The notes under the pieces are model-generated. The model was not told the origin of the DNA, made no database searches, and saw only the letters and a list, made by a program, of their open reading frames with translations. A stretch of 62,611 nt of DNA, counting the filler, from Kipferlia bialata (lineage: Eukaryota), in assembly GCA_003568945.1 (NCBI GenBank). It is 3 parts of 3 records of this genome, joined end to end, with 100 filler letters (N's around TTAATTAATTAA, not from the genome) between each part and the next. Parts side by side here need not be neighbours in the genome. Positions count along the whole stretch, not along the records: positions 28,462 to 56,815 come from BDIP01000153.1; positions 56,916 to 62,611 come from BDIP01000182.1; 1 more part is not named here. One strand, written 5' to 3'. Within the stretch, counting starts at the first letter, position 1, and each line of letters opens with the position of its first letter. The position numbers were made by a program, and so were the translations under genes. Below are positions 49,924 through 62,611 of this stretch, piece after piece.

Positions 49924-51472
49924 TCAAGTATAGTCTGACTGCTTCGATAATACACTAAGTGCACTGTCTCCTACACTACTACAACCCCCTCATGTAGAAC
50001 ACCTTGAGGTGCTTGGGTCTGAGTCCATATCTGTCAAAGCCTGGGCCACGGGGCACAGTGACACCATCTGCTAGGACTAGACCGCCCTCGCCCCACAGAG
50101 GATGATTGAGGAGTGCCTGGGGGTAAATATATATGGCCCTACCAATATAGGTATCTGTATAGGAATGCAGATAGTATACATGTGTCTATACTGGAATATA
50201 TATTCCCACAGAGGTGGCTCAGAAGTGCCTAGGGGTAAGGACAAACTAGATACTATATATAGGTATATCTCTGTTAGTATATATACATATATATACAGTA
50301 CTAATAGACCGCCCTCGCCCCACAGAGGGTGCCTGAGGAGTGCCTGGGGGAAAGTGCAAAAGGGCACTAATGATACAACAATACACAAACTGTTAAAGTA
50401 CACTCTGAATGTATAAGTGTGAATGTATATAATGCCACAGGAGTGCCTGGGTGTTAGTGCAGAATGCAGAGACTACATCTAGATACTATGATGTCTATGA
50501 AGTACTAGATCTCAATAATACTCTTTCGTCTCGTAGCAGCGCCTAGTGGTAAATCTCGAGCCTGTTATAAGAAACATACTACATATTTGTACTTTCCTGC
50601 GGAGTTCCAAGAGGTTAGGATGGGGGATGAATCCTATATGTATATACTGGTCAAATGTGGCTTCATAGGGTCCAGTAGACACTATTCTAGCCATATACTA
50701 CTCAAGTGTACCCACTTGGACCCTATCCAGTCTATCTGTATATACATGCATATATATATGGGTGTGTGTCATGCACATATATGCAACAGTCTAGAGAACC
50801 CACCATACTACTCAAGTGTATGTGCTATATATATACAATATATAAACCCACCTCAACCTCTTCCAGTCCCTCTCCCTCATAGCCGTACGAACGCAGTTGC
50901 TTGACCACCTGGGAGTCAGGGACAGACCGAAGTAAGTATAGGTGACATTGTAAAGATCATACTAGAATGGCTATGAGTATAGGTATCAACGACGGTGATT
51001 CAGATAGGTTTAAGAATAGAAGAGAGTACCGGTTATGCACTCCTTGTGTTTGAATGAAGAGACACATGATGTGGAGAAAAAGACACTCACCTACGTGAGG
51101 TAAAGTGCTGCCCTTGTGGAGATGATAGACAGAAATATATATATATATATATATCAATATATAGTATACCAGAGTTATGTACATGTAGAGAGAGACAGAG
51201 GGACTCTTACCTGCGTGAGGTAGAGTGCTGCCCGGGTGGATATGGCCTGCAGGGTGGGTGCCTCCTCAGGGTGGGCCTGAGAGTTAAGTACACGTATATG
51301 TATGGATAGACTATAAAAGTAGACATAAATATATATATGTATATATATGTATATATATAGAGAGAGAGAGGGGGAGAGGGGGAGAGATTGAGAAGTCTGC
51401 AGGGTCTGTGCCTCCTCAGGGTGGGCCTGAGGGTTAGATTCATGAATATGTAGAGATATATTATACGAGTAT

Positions 51473-51523
<51 letters not shown>

Positions 51524-53285
51524 GAGAGAGAGAGACAGAGAGAGAGAGACGTCTGCAGGGTGGGTGCCTCCTCAGGGTGGGCCTGAGGGTTAGATGTATA
51601 GCAAGATAGATATGAGGAGAGGTAGTACCGCATATGAATACTCATCGTATTTGTCCATGTGTTACTTCAGTTGAGGATGCACCTGTAATACTAATTGATT
51701 ATTATTGAATCTATTAATATTGAATTAATTATTATGAGAAACTTGAATCAACACCTGCATGTATGTGTGGCATCTGTCCATGAACTTTGTCTTGAGAGGG
51801 AAATGTCAATACAAATGTCAATATAGTATTATATATATCAATATATTTCTCTCATGTATTTGATACTTAGCACTAAATAACACTACCTGCAAGTACGTGT
51901 GGCATCTGTCCATGAACTTAGTCATGACACCCACCCACAGGTCGAGGTCATAGCCTATCCTGCCCCAGCCACTGATATTAGATATATATGCACACACATA
52001 TATATATATACTTACAGTTAGAGACATCAGTACTGTAAGACATCAACAGGTCGAGGTCAGCGCCTATCCGGCCCCAGCCGCTGATGTTAGTTGTATATAG
52101 ATGGATATATATATATATATAGATATATATATATACTAGAACAATACAAGGATATACACACATAATGTAAGTAGCTATTTAGATAGTGCCTATCCTGCAC
52201 CAGCCAGAACTGTTAGATATCCATAAATTGATATACATAGAGATATATACATATACTGTGAATGCATGCGAACAGAGATATAGACTATCCTGCCTCAGCA
52301 ACACTGACTCATCAATCATAATCAACCTGATAGAAAGATTGATATATAATACCAAACCTTATGATAATTACACAGTAATCATTTAGTTATTAACATTGAT
52401 TCATGAATACCCAAACCGGCTGGTGTTGTCTGACAGAACTACGTACAGCTGAATCATATACTTGTATACTATATATTTAGATAACTCACTCACCGTATGC
52501 TGTTGTCGGACAGGCACCACACCTCGTTCAAGCCATCCACAATCTGGTGTGAGTGCTACTTTACAGTATATATACTATATATAGTATATTATCATTACAA
52601 CCTGGAATGATTACTAATATATACACTATAAATGTATAATGCATACAGTATATGATTATAGTGTACTGTATATATATACCATCCACTACCTGCCATGCCA
52701 GGGTCAGCTGGCCTGCCATGAGTACTAGTATACTGTCTATACTATATATACATAGTATGTATATACATACAGTATACACACATATCCCATCCACCACCTG
52801 CCATGCCAGAGTCAGCTTGCCCCTCTCAATGAGATCCTTGCCCAGCACTTGGCTGAGGGTTAGCCTAACCGAACACTCTAACACTCTAACAGTAGCAGTA
52901 CATTTACATATAAATACATGTACGCTCCCCATATAATACATATATACGTGTACCTCTCGATGCCCTTGTTGACTGCCTGCACCACCCTCTGCATGTATAC
53001 ATATATATACATACATATATACATCAATACACATATCTGTACATATACAAAATTCTCTAGTAAGATAGTGTGTACCTCTCGATGCCCTTGTTTACCGCCT
53101 GGACCACCCTCTGCATGTGGCGCTTGACCTGAAATAAGGGTGTAGAGGGAGAGAGAGAGAAGAGAGAGGGAGGGGGGGGAGAGAGACAAGCATGTGGCGC
53201 TTGACCTGAAGTAAGGGTGTAGATGGAGAGAGAGAGAGAGAAGCATGTGGCACTTGACCTGAAATTTCGGTATTGAGACAAATAT

Positions 53286-53324
<39 letters not shown>

Positions 53325-55325
53325 GAGAGTTTGAGAGTGAGAGATGATAAATAATACTGATACTGATACCTTCATATGGGTAGCTTCATCATATACTAGA
53401 GCACATGTGTATATATCAATATAGTGTATTTAATACATATGTGGATACCTTGTCATTTGGTAGCACACATACGTACATATAACTCTACATATATATACAT
53501 AGACACACATATATAATACATATGTAGTTGTTACCTTGTCATTTGGTAGCTTCATGGCTGCGGCATGGCCAGGGTACGCAATCTTCTCGACCTTGAGTGG
53601 GAGAGAATCTCTATATACCTCCTAGACATATATATCCCACTAAAACATATAGTAAAGCCAGGGTATGCAATCTTCTCAACCTGGGGTTAGTACTGGTCAC
53701 ACAATTACATATATATATTCATATGAGTATACGTATTGACCTTTACTGGTATATATACGTATACTTATATATATATATATATATATCGTGCGTCTATACC
53801 TTTGTGACCATCTTCCTGGCATATATATATATATACATAGACACATATATACAAACATATATATGTATGAGATAGTATATATATAAGATAGTATATGAAT
53901 AAGATAGTATATGTATAAGATAGTATACATATATATATGTATGTATACAATATACCTTTGTGACCATCTTCCTGGCATCGGGCAGAGCACCCTTGGAGAA
54001 ACCTGAGTGAGAGAGATGAGAGAGTGGCGACTGAACAGATAGTACATACACAATTCATTTATAGTATATACATATACCATATATTATAGTAGTATATACA
54101 TAGTAGTATATACAAATACCGCACCCTTTGGCCCTGTCTTTGGTGTCCTGGGTGCCCTCATCTTCTTGGGCTCGCCAATGCCTAGCAGTTAGATGTATAC
54201 ATATATATATACGAAGTAAGATGTATATATATGTATATACAAATTGGAGGAGAGGCCTCATCTTCTTGAGCTAGCCAATGCCCTGGTGTTAGTACATATG
54301 AACACATAGTGCAATATACAATCCAATGACATGACAGTTAGATGTATGTTTATAGAGTTGAAGATATATTGTAACATATACATGTATGTGAAAACAGAGA
54401 GACAGAGAGAGAAAGAGAGTGAGATAGAGAGAGAGGTAGAGAGAAAGGCAGGGAGGGAGAGACTCGAACCTAATGCCGACTGCACCAGCCTGAGCACAAC
54501 GTATGCGTATATACCAATAGTTAAATAATTGTAATATACATATATACAATAATATAATATTCATGTATATATATATAGTACCTGATGCCGACTGCACCAG
54601 CCTCATAGACAGACTAATATATAGTGTACATATACATATAGATTAGTGTGTATATATAGTGGTATTGTATATATAGTACCTGATGCCGACTGCACAAGCC
54701 TCATCACAACGTATGTGTATTGACCAATATTCTAACACTACTGATAAGAGACTAATAGTAATATATATGTGTGTGTGTGAATAGAGGTACCTGATGCCGA
54801 CTGCACCAGCCTGAGCACAAGGGTGAACCTGTTGCCAGTGGGGGAGAGGCCAGCAGTCTGGGGTATGATAGAATAGGAACTAATCTATATATATATATAT
54901 AGAAATATTGCATAAGATATATTAGCTATCCCTCTAAGGTAAGACAGGTACTATGTATGTACTACACACTGGTGCGGGAGATGCCAGCAGTCTGGGGTGA
55001 GACAGGAACATCTTTCAAACTTCACAAACACTTATGTATACTACGATATACTCATTGTATTAATACATATATATTCACGGTGGGGGAGAGGCCAGCAGTC
55101 TAGGGTTAGACCTTTACAAATGATAAGTATATAATAAGAGAGGTAAATACACACTCACAAATACATATAATAATCATACTGTAGTGTGTGTGGGGGGGGG
55201 AGGCCAGCAGTCTGGGGTAAGTAACATATACACTGTAATTGACCACTTATCACGTTACTCTCTCTCTTTCTCCCACCTACTGTCTTTACCTACCTTACAT
55301 CTATACCTACTTGACTACAACGGCA

Positions 55326-55358
<33 letters not shown>

Positions 55359-56720
55359 CCATATATATATATCTATTGAATATATAATCATCATACCTTG
55401 CACCTATCCTTGATGCCCTCCAGTGTCACTCCAACGGCAGGTCTCATGGGAATGCCGTCCTCACACATCTGGAGGGTGAGGAATCATTAGTAATTATATA
55501 TATATACAGTATATACTATACTTCATGAAGACAGACTGTTCTATATACTACTCTAGGGAATGCCGTCCTCACACATCTGGAGGGTGAGAAATCATTAGTA
55601 AATATATATAGTATCTATACAGTATATACTATACTTCATGAAGATAGACTGTACTATATACTACTCTCGGGAGTGCCATCAGCGCACATCTGGAGGGTGA
55701 GGAAATATGAAGAGAGACTGTACTATTACTGTACTCTCAGGGATACCATCAGCGGATATACTGGTAGCCTATATAAAATTGCATATGTGTATTTCTCCTA
55801 TCATACCTGAATGGTGTACCGGGGTCTCTTGCCCTCATGCTCAGAGGGTATATTATATTTAAATAGTATATGTTTACTATTCCTATAGTCAATATAGTAT
55901 CTACATGTATCATTACTAATGCACTTTAATAGAGTATAGTATATAATGCAACAAATTATGTAATTTCATATATATTTTAGCATATCTATACTGTACCTGT
56001 ATAGTGTACCGGGGTCTCTTGCCCTCGTGCTCAGACTGTATAATATATTTACCATTCATGAAGTTTATGTGTATATTATGTGTATAACAGTACCATTCCA
56101 ATATATTACCTGAATGGTGTAACGGGGTCTCTTGCCCTCATGCTCATAGGGGGCAGAGTGGGGGGAGGCCTAGTGTAGGGATATAGTTATAGGAGAGAGG
56201 GTGAGAGAGATATATAGAGAAACAGAGGGAGAGAGAGAATTATTCGTGCTCATAGGGGGAGCAGAGTGGGGGGAGGCCTAGCGTGACTTCATAAGGAGAG
56301 AGAGAGAGAGAGAGATTGGGAGATTGGCGGGGAGAGAGAGACACTTATACTCATAGGGCGCAGAGTGGGGGAGGCCTGGGGTGGGGGTATATTCATAAGA
56401 GTAATATATAAATATATGTATATACAAATAGTATTTATGTATGATATATACATGTGTATTCCTTCTCCTGCTCATAGGGGGCAGAGTGGGGGGAGGCCTA
56501 GGATCAGGTATATATACAAGAGAGAGAGAGAGAGAAGTACTTAACAAGAAAGAATGTGGAGAGAGACAGAGACTTACATATAGGGGAGAGAGAGTACCTT
56601 GAGCCTGTCTCTCAGAGACACACACATACACACACATACATATATACCTATACCTATATATACGTGACAGAGAGGGGGAGAGAGTACCTTGAGCCTGTCT
56701 ATCAGGACTGCCTTGGTCCC
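49924..56720 (-). CDS. Multi-exon protein with SAP-like motif(s) (5' end in gap)
   Basis: Exon chain: GTKAVLIDRLK|ASPHSAPY...TIQ|MCEDG...TLEGIKDRCK|TAGLSPTGNRFTLVLRLVQSAS|G...|VKRHMQRVVQAVNKGIE|...|VVKQLRSYGY...|ALLNHPLWG...DYT*. Two segments fit the SAP consensus (LK..c...GL...G.k..Lv.RL). Confidence 0.6.
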
Positions 56721-56815
56721 AGACTCACTACATATATCTATACTATATGCAATACATTTGTCCTTATCCTTATCCTTACATATATAAATAATAATTACTT
56801 TTCCGTCGGAGGATT

Positions 56816-56915
56816 NNNNNNNNNNNNNNNNNNNNNNNNNNNNNNNNNNNNNNNNNNNNTTAATTAATTAANNNNNNNNNNNNNNNNNNNNNNNNNNNNN
56901 NNNNNNNNNNNNNNN
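56816..56915. other. Assembly gap with artificial linker TTAATTAATTAA (56860-56871)
   Basis: Same construct as at 28406, with an adjacent poly-G run. Confidence 0.9.
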
Positions 56916-56966
<51 letters not shown>

Positions 56967-57017
56967 TGCGTGACATATATTCATCTCTCTCTATACATAC
57001 ATACATACATCCCCCAC

Positions 57018-57820
57018 CTGATGTGCCCCATCAGCTGCATGTCCTGGTCCGGCAGGGGTGTGACCCTCCTTGATGCTGCCCCACTATGCTGGGCAGGGGG
57101 TGCCAGGGACAGGGGGTGCTGCCTCCCTCCCCCCTCAGTCTCTGTCAGGAACATCCCATTTCCATCTCCCCCAGCCCCCTGTGGCATCTGTCTCTCCACA
57201 GCAGGCACCGCAACATCCATCCGACCCTCACTAGTGACACCAGCCCGTGTCTCCCTAGTACCCACCCCAGACTGGGCTGTTCTGCCCCCATCCTGTCTCC
57301 AGCTCCTCAGAGAGGTGAGGGTCTCCTTCAGATACGCAGCTGCAGCCCTGTGCTGGGACATGGCGGCCAGGGCCTCGCCTGGATATGAGAGAGTGCCCAG
57401 TGATTATTGGACCCCATTACATAAACGTGACATGTAGAGACACCTCGGATCCCCCACCTGCTGTCCAGAAGTAGAATGGGCATGGGGACCTCCTCAGCAG
57501 GGTCTTGGCATCCACAAAGGCAGCCTCGCCCCTGGCAAAGGCCACAGAGAGCAGGGCACGCAACAGCAGCATGTCAGGGGCAGAGGGGAAGATGGAGCAG
57601 AGCACCACAACCTAGGGGTCAGAAGTCGAGAAATACACAGTAGAATGCAGCTGATGATTGATGTGGCTAGAGATACATAATGAAGGACGGGAATCATATG
57701 GGTACAGTGCTATTCAGCTCTGAACCATACCTCAGACTGAGCAGCCCGGAACTGCCTCTGCTCAATATGACTGGCTATTGCATCCAGATCACCCCAGAGC
57801 GACGTCCGCTTACGTGCCAT
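57018..57820 (-). CDS. TPR-like helical protein, 5' exons
   Basis: MARKRTSLW...AAQSE|VVVLCSIFPSAPDMLLLRA...AAFVDAKTLLRRSP...WTAG|EALAAMSQHRAAAAYLKETL shows TPR-like small/large residue periodicity. It is truncated by the gap. Confidence 0.5.
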
Positions 57821-58164
57821 GGCCAGAGATGGAATCTGACTCCTATACACAGGCGCCTAGTGAATCAGCTGACACTGCCTGGCACACACAGGACTCGGCT
57901 CTCAGACAGTGAGTACCACTCCACTGGGTTCCACCTGTTACACTAGTAACAATGGGTATACCCCCTATCAGCTAGTGTACACGTATTCACTACTAGGAAG
58001 ACAGGTGGGGTGCTTCTCCCCCGTATATCAATATTCTCAGCCCATTTTAGGAACTTAGTCACACAATTAAACTTCAGTTTTCAAACTTAATTGCATTTCA
58101 AAGATTGTGCACACTTCAAAAAGCTTACTCTATTTCTACTCTCATTGGCACTCTATCAGTATTG

Positions 58165-59947
58165 ATGCCAATGACTGTACCTGTGCACTTTTCTGAATCG
58201 AAGCACGAGCGCATCTTCCCAGAACCCACCTCGGCCAGTGACGTGGATGCCCAGCTGATCCACCCTTCTGCGGTGTTCATCAGATATAATGCCTTAGCGA
58301 GGACCTTTATGTCCAACAGACCCTTGGGCGATGCCTCCCATGCATCTCTGGCAGACTTCCAGGTTGGGAGGGAGGATGCCGGCGTAGTGATCGAGAAGGA
58401 GGCAGGGGAGAGAGAGGGGCATCGGATGGCCAGCATGGCTTGGCTGGGGGTTCACTCAGGACGGCCAGTGTTTGTGGTGATTGAGGAGACGGAGAGAGAG
58501 GAGCAGGACACCCTGCTGGGGGTGAGGGGCATATTCAACATCATGCCGGCAGATGAGGAGGCCACAATCATGGGTGAGGGCACTGGGTGGTATCTATCAG
58601 GCTGAGCCAATTATTCCATATACTAACTCCCCCATCCCCCCCCCCTCCCACCCCCCTCCCCCACATCTCCTTCCCACAGGGACACTGAGAGTTCTTGCCC
58701 ATTACTATGTCTCTCTCTCTTTCTCTTCCTCTCTCACTCAATACGCATTCTCTCTCACCCTAGGCCATGCTCTAGTCGTGGCCCAATTCCGCCTCTGCCA
58801 CAAGTTCTGTTCCAAGTGCGGCAGCCCCTCCTCTCCCTCCCTCACAGGTGTCACATATCTAGAATACGCTCTACACAAAGAGTATACTAACGACTTCTCT
58901 CTCTCTCATATCCCCCTTCCCCCCCCTCTTCCTATGATAGGTTGGCTATCATTTTCCTACCGACTCTGTATGTCTCTGAGCTTAGGTGCCCATGTGGCCT
59001 GTGGTGCCTGTAAGCACTCCCAGTTCCCCCCCACCTACCCCTGTGTCATCATGCTGGTGACATGCAAGGACAGGGCAGCAGGTGCGTATCTCTCATACAT
59101 ATACACTATATCTCTCTATTTCCCGCTCGCACCCCCTTCCTCCCTCACCCCAGGCACAGACCATGCCCTGCTCATCGAGCGCAGGTCCTTAGTGCACACC
59201 CACATAGCAGGCTTCATAGACGTGGTGGAGACACCCATCAGTGCGGCAGTCAGGGAGGTGAAGGTAGGGGGCTCTCTACCTCTCTCTCTCTCTCCCTCCC
59301 TCTATTCCCCATATCCACCCCCAGGAGGAGTCCGGTGTCTGTGTATGTCTCTCTCTCTCTCTCTCCCTCTCTTCCCCTACTCTACCCCCAGGAGGAGTCC
59401 GGTGTCGATATCTCTGCCATATCTGGCAGGGGAGTCAGGGTGCTACACGACCTCATCCAGGTACAATTATTACATGGAAATACATGAATATATATATACA
59501 CACATGTGTCTCTAGAACCTTAGGAACCAGAACTCTGTTTGCATAACCGCGTCCAGCAAACCTCCCTGTATATGAGACCTTCTCTCCTCTGACCCCCAGC
59601 CATGGCCGTTCAGCTCCAGCCTGATGATCCCATACCACCTTTGCTGTGATGAGATATACTCTGCACCCCCGGCCACAGACCCATGCCTCACAGAGGTACT
59701 CTCTCTCGCTCTCTCTCCCTCTCTATACCGAGTGATATACCCACCCTAGGTCCTGGGTGCCCTGTGGCTGTCCAAGAGCGATATGGCCCTGTGCCTCAAG
59801 GGGGAGGGAGAGTACCACATGCCAGGGGCTAACAGGTGGGGGCACTAATTACTAGTGTATGTTAAGAATATGACATAGTGCCTCTGTCCTCTCACCCGCA
59901 GCGTGGCCCGTCGCATGATGGAGATGTGGGTGGCAGGTGACCTGTGA
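58165..59947 (+). CDS. nudC: NADH pyrophosphatase / NAD-cap decapping Nudix hydrolase (NudC/NUDT12-13/Npy1 family)
   Basis: Eight spliced exons give the Zn ribbon HKFCSKCG...CGAC, FPPTYPCVIMLV, an intact Nudix box GFIDVVETPISAAVREVK|EESGV, and the signature IQ|PWPFSSSLMI. Confidence 0.9.
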
Positions 59948-60211
59948 GCATCAACATCCCTGATCACTCGATCCCTTTCATGGTCATTTGACTTGTCGGT
60001 GACCATCCCAACTTTATTGAAGTGAATAGAAGACACTTCCCCAAAACAGTGCTCACTGCTCACTGGGATATATTGTCACACTCTCTTAGCCTCTCCCATT
60101 GTATAGAACGTTAGTTACTGAACACATTAGGTATTGAATACACACTATGGGAAACTCCCTCCTCGTAATACATACTAGCAGCTGGAGTTAGAAACACTCC
60201 AAGACATCACT

Positions 60212-62510
60212 CTACACAGCAGCTCTCTTTGAGGGAGTTGCCTGGGGAGCCCCTACCACTCTGGACACGTCAGCAGCGCCTGAGTACTCCACCCTCCCTG
60301 CAAACACCCCCTCGTCTGTGTCAAATATGGCTGTGTCACCCATGATACACCCCCTGGCGGCATAGAAACGGACAGGGAACTGGGGTGGGGGGTTTGTAAT
60401 GGGGGAGAAGAGGGAGGGGGGGGGGGATTGGTAGAGATAGAGGTACCTGAAAGCATGGTGCCTCCAGCCATGCCTGGGTGACAGAGTCCCAAGCGTAGAC
60501 ACAGGGGAGGGGGCCCTCAGTCTGGGGGTCAGGGTATAGATATATGTACTAGACATATCAGTGCCACTATGTTAATAGACAGTCGTATACTCCACAACCC
60601 ACCTGGGAGTCTGCTGGCCCCGCACTGCCCAGGGGCCCTAGGGGTCCCCCTGCCCTAGGGGTACGGGTGCCTGAGGGGGTCCGTACCACTGGGTTGAGGT
60701 CATCTCTGGCGGCACTCTCCAGAATGGCACCTGGGGTGGGGAGGGGTCACACAGTATAACACGTCACAGTCTACTCACACCCACCTAGATTAGCAGCGTT
60801 GAGAGGGATGGTGGGGAATGGACCCACTGCCAGGAGGTACTGGCCAGCCCTGGGGTTGGGAGGTATACAATGTACATACATGTATTACACTTTAGCACAC
60901 AGAGTGCCAACATACACAATACACCTCCATAGGTAACGGTGTCCCCCTACCTGACGTTGCACTCCACCATCATGCTGCACTCCTCGGGTATGGGTAACAC
61001 CTGCTTCTGCGGTATCTTGAGGATGTGCCACTCACCCCGCCTCTCCCCCGTGTCGAAGTCTGCCTCTGGGTCACGCATAGCAGGGTCTGGGGGTGAGGAT
61101 GGGAGGGAGGGATATAACAGAGACATATAATAGATTACACATCCAACCTGACTCACTATCTGCGTCCTCCCCCCCTGTCTCTACTGTCACTCTGCTCTTG
61201 GTGAATGAGAAGGTGTAGTGCTCGTCCTCGGTCACACAGTGCGCCACAGACCCAAAGACTACTATGTCCTTCCTGAGGGTCAGGGGCCATAACACGTTGT
61301 ATGAAATACTTCTTCATGATAGAGTAACCAATGCGTACTTCTCTGTGACGAGTGGTGCCCCTGTGCCGTCTCCATTGGCCACCCTGCCCCACACCCCATC
61401 TGGGAGGGGGGTGCCTGGGGGGGCAGTGCCTGGCTCGTACACCCAGGTGTCCTCGTGCATGTAGTTCTCCGAGGTGCCACCTGAGGGTCAGTGAGGAAGG
61501 GTAGAGGTGCATGGCCTGGCACCATACAAAATACACAACATGTCATCAACCCACACCTGCTATCACGAGCAGTCCATCGACAGTGAATGCCATGTGGGAT
61601 GCCCTGGCAGATGGCCAGGGGGTGCCGGGGGGGTGCCGCATCTCTTGCCAGGTCTGGGGATGAGGGGCGACATATGAATAGTAGGCATATACACTAGAGT
61701 ATCCCGTGCACCTTGGCGTCTATGTCGTACACGTGCAGGGTATTCCTGAACTCCATGGAGGGGTCATCAGGGAGGGGACTGCCTGCAGCCATGGAGAGGA
61801 GAACCTGGGTCAGGGGTGACAAATATGTGGGATGAATACGATATGGTCCACGGAGGGTTCCCCCTCAGTCCCCCTCAGAGAGACATATAGTATGACACTC
61901 TCCCTCACCTCTCTGATCATGGGCGTTGGGATAGGGTGTTGTGGTATCCTTGCCGGGCTGAGTAAACCTAGACTGGGCTGAGTGGGCTGGACTGGTCTTG
62001 ATATACCAGATGCACCAGATGGCACAGGGGGGAGGGGTGCTGACCCTACCACCGGTGTGTCACTGCCTACAGTGCTACCTGTTGCACTGCCTGATGCACT
62101 GCCGGGGGATAGGGCCTCGGGTACTGGGGGGACATCCTGGTGGGTCAGTGGCAAGACGGAATTAAGGGAGAATAGGAGAGAGATGACCTCATGTCTGTTG
62201 ATAGCCCATATAGTACTCAGAGGTAGTAGTGGGAGTACGTCTCCGCACCTTGGACCCCCCAAAGACATAGACCCTCCTGCCTATGCGTGTGACTGAGTAG
62301 TCTGCTACGTCATGTATGGGACACTCTGGGGTGGGGGGGAGGCATATGGAGAGTAGAGGATGGAGAAGCGAGTCATATACACTCGTACACTGCATAAACT
62401 GTATAGACTATACACTCCGAGAGAGTACCTAATGGTTCCACCCTCAGTCTGGGCATACCAGTCGCTGGGTCCTGGGACAGAGTCAGCAGCTCATCACAGC
62501 CTAGCATGGC
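60212..62510 (-). CDS. Multi-exon Kelch-repeat protein (5' end beyond or near window edge)
   Basis: DYSVTRIGRRVYVFGGSK; LHVYDIDAK|TWQE...WPSARASHMAFTVDGLLVIAG|G...DTWVYEP; VYAWDSVTQAW. Stop at 60212. Confidence 0.8.
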
Positions 62511-62611
62511 CTGGTATCAGTGAAGAGGAGAGAGACTCCAGGAGGGATAGAGGTGGATATGCGGGGGGGGGGGGGGGGGGGGGGGCTTGGGGGGGAACCC
62601 CCCCCGCCCGA

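Noticed and set aside
40600..56700. Numerous short ORFs rich in Y/I/C/V or S/L/R/E
   Set aside because: They are translations of (TA)n, (TG)n and (GA)n intron microsatellites.

Overview
This is a eukaryotic, intron-dense, microsatellite-rich window. Short GT-AG introns, a branch point sitting a few nt from the 3' AG, and large Kelch-like and LRR families resemble a free-living fornicate such as Kipferlia; that assignment is inference only. The ORF track is mostly uninformative, so I rebuilt genes by hand from splice signals. They are: a USP (C19) 3' end; about nine Kelch-like or beta-propeller genes (one frameshifted) plus fragments; a RING-H2 gene; a 25-exon RNI-like LRR gene; a small RIIa/DPY-30-like docking-domain exon; NOC2; a UBR1-like E3 fragment; a SAP-domain gene; a TPR-like gene; NudC; and two hypothetical genes. 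There are four N gaps. Two contain the artificial linker TTAATTAATTAA, so adjacency across them is not reliable. The most striking feature is pervasive 'echo' duplication. Exon ends, with their splice sites, are recopied up to about six times into adjacent introns and 3' UTRs, joined by (TA)n, (GA)n or (GTATCA)n filler, and they degrade with distance. One such event appears to have created a new intron that is absent from the paralog. I saw no RNA genes or CRISPR arrays.
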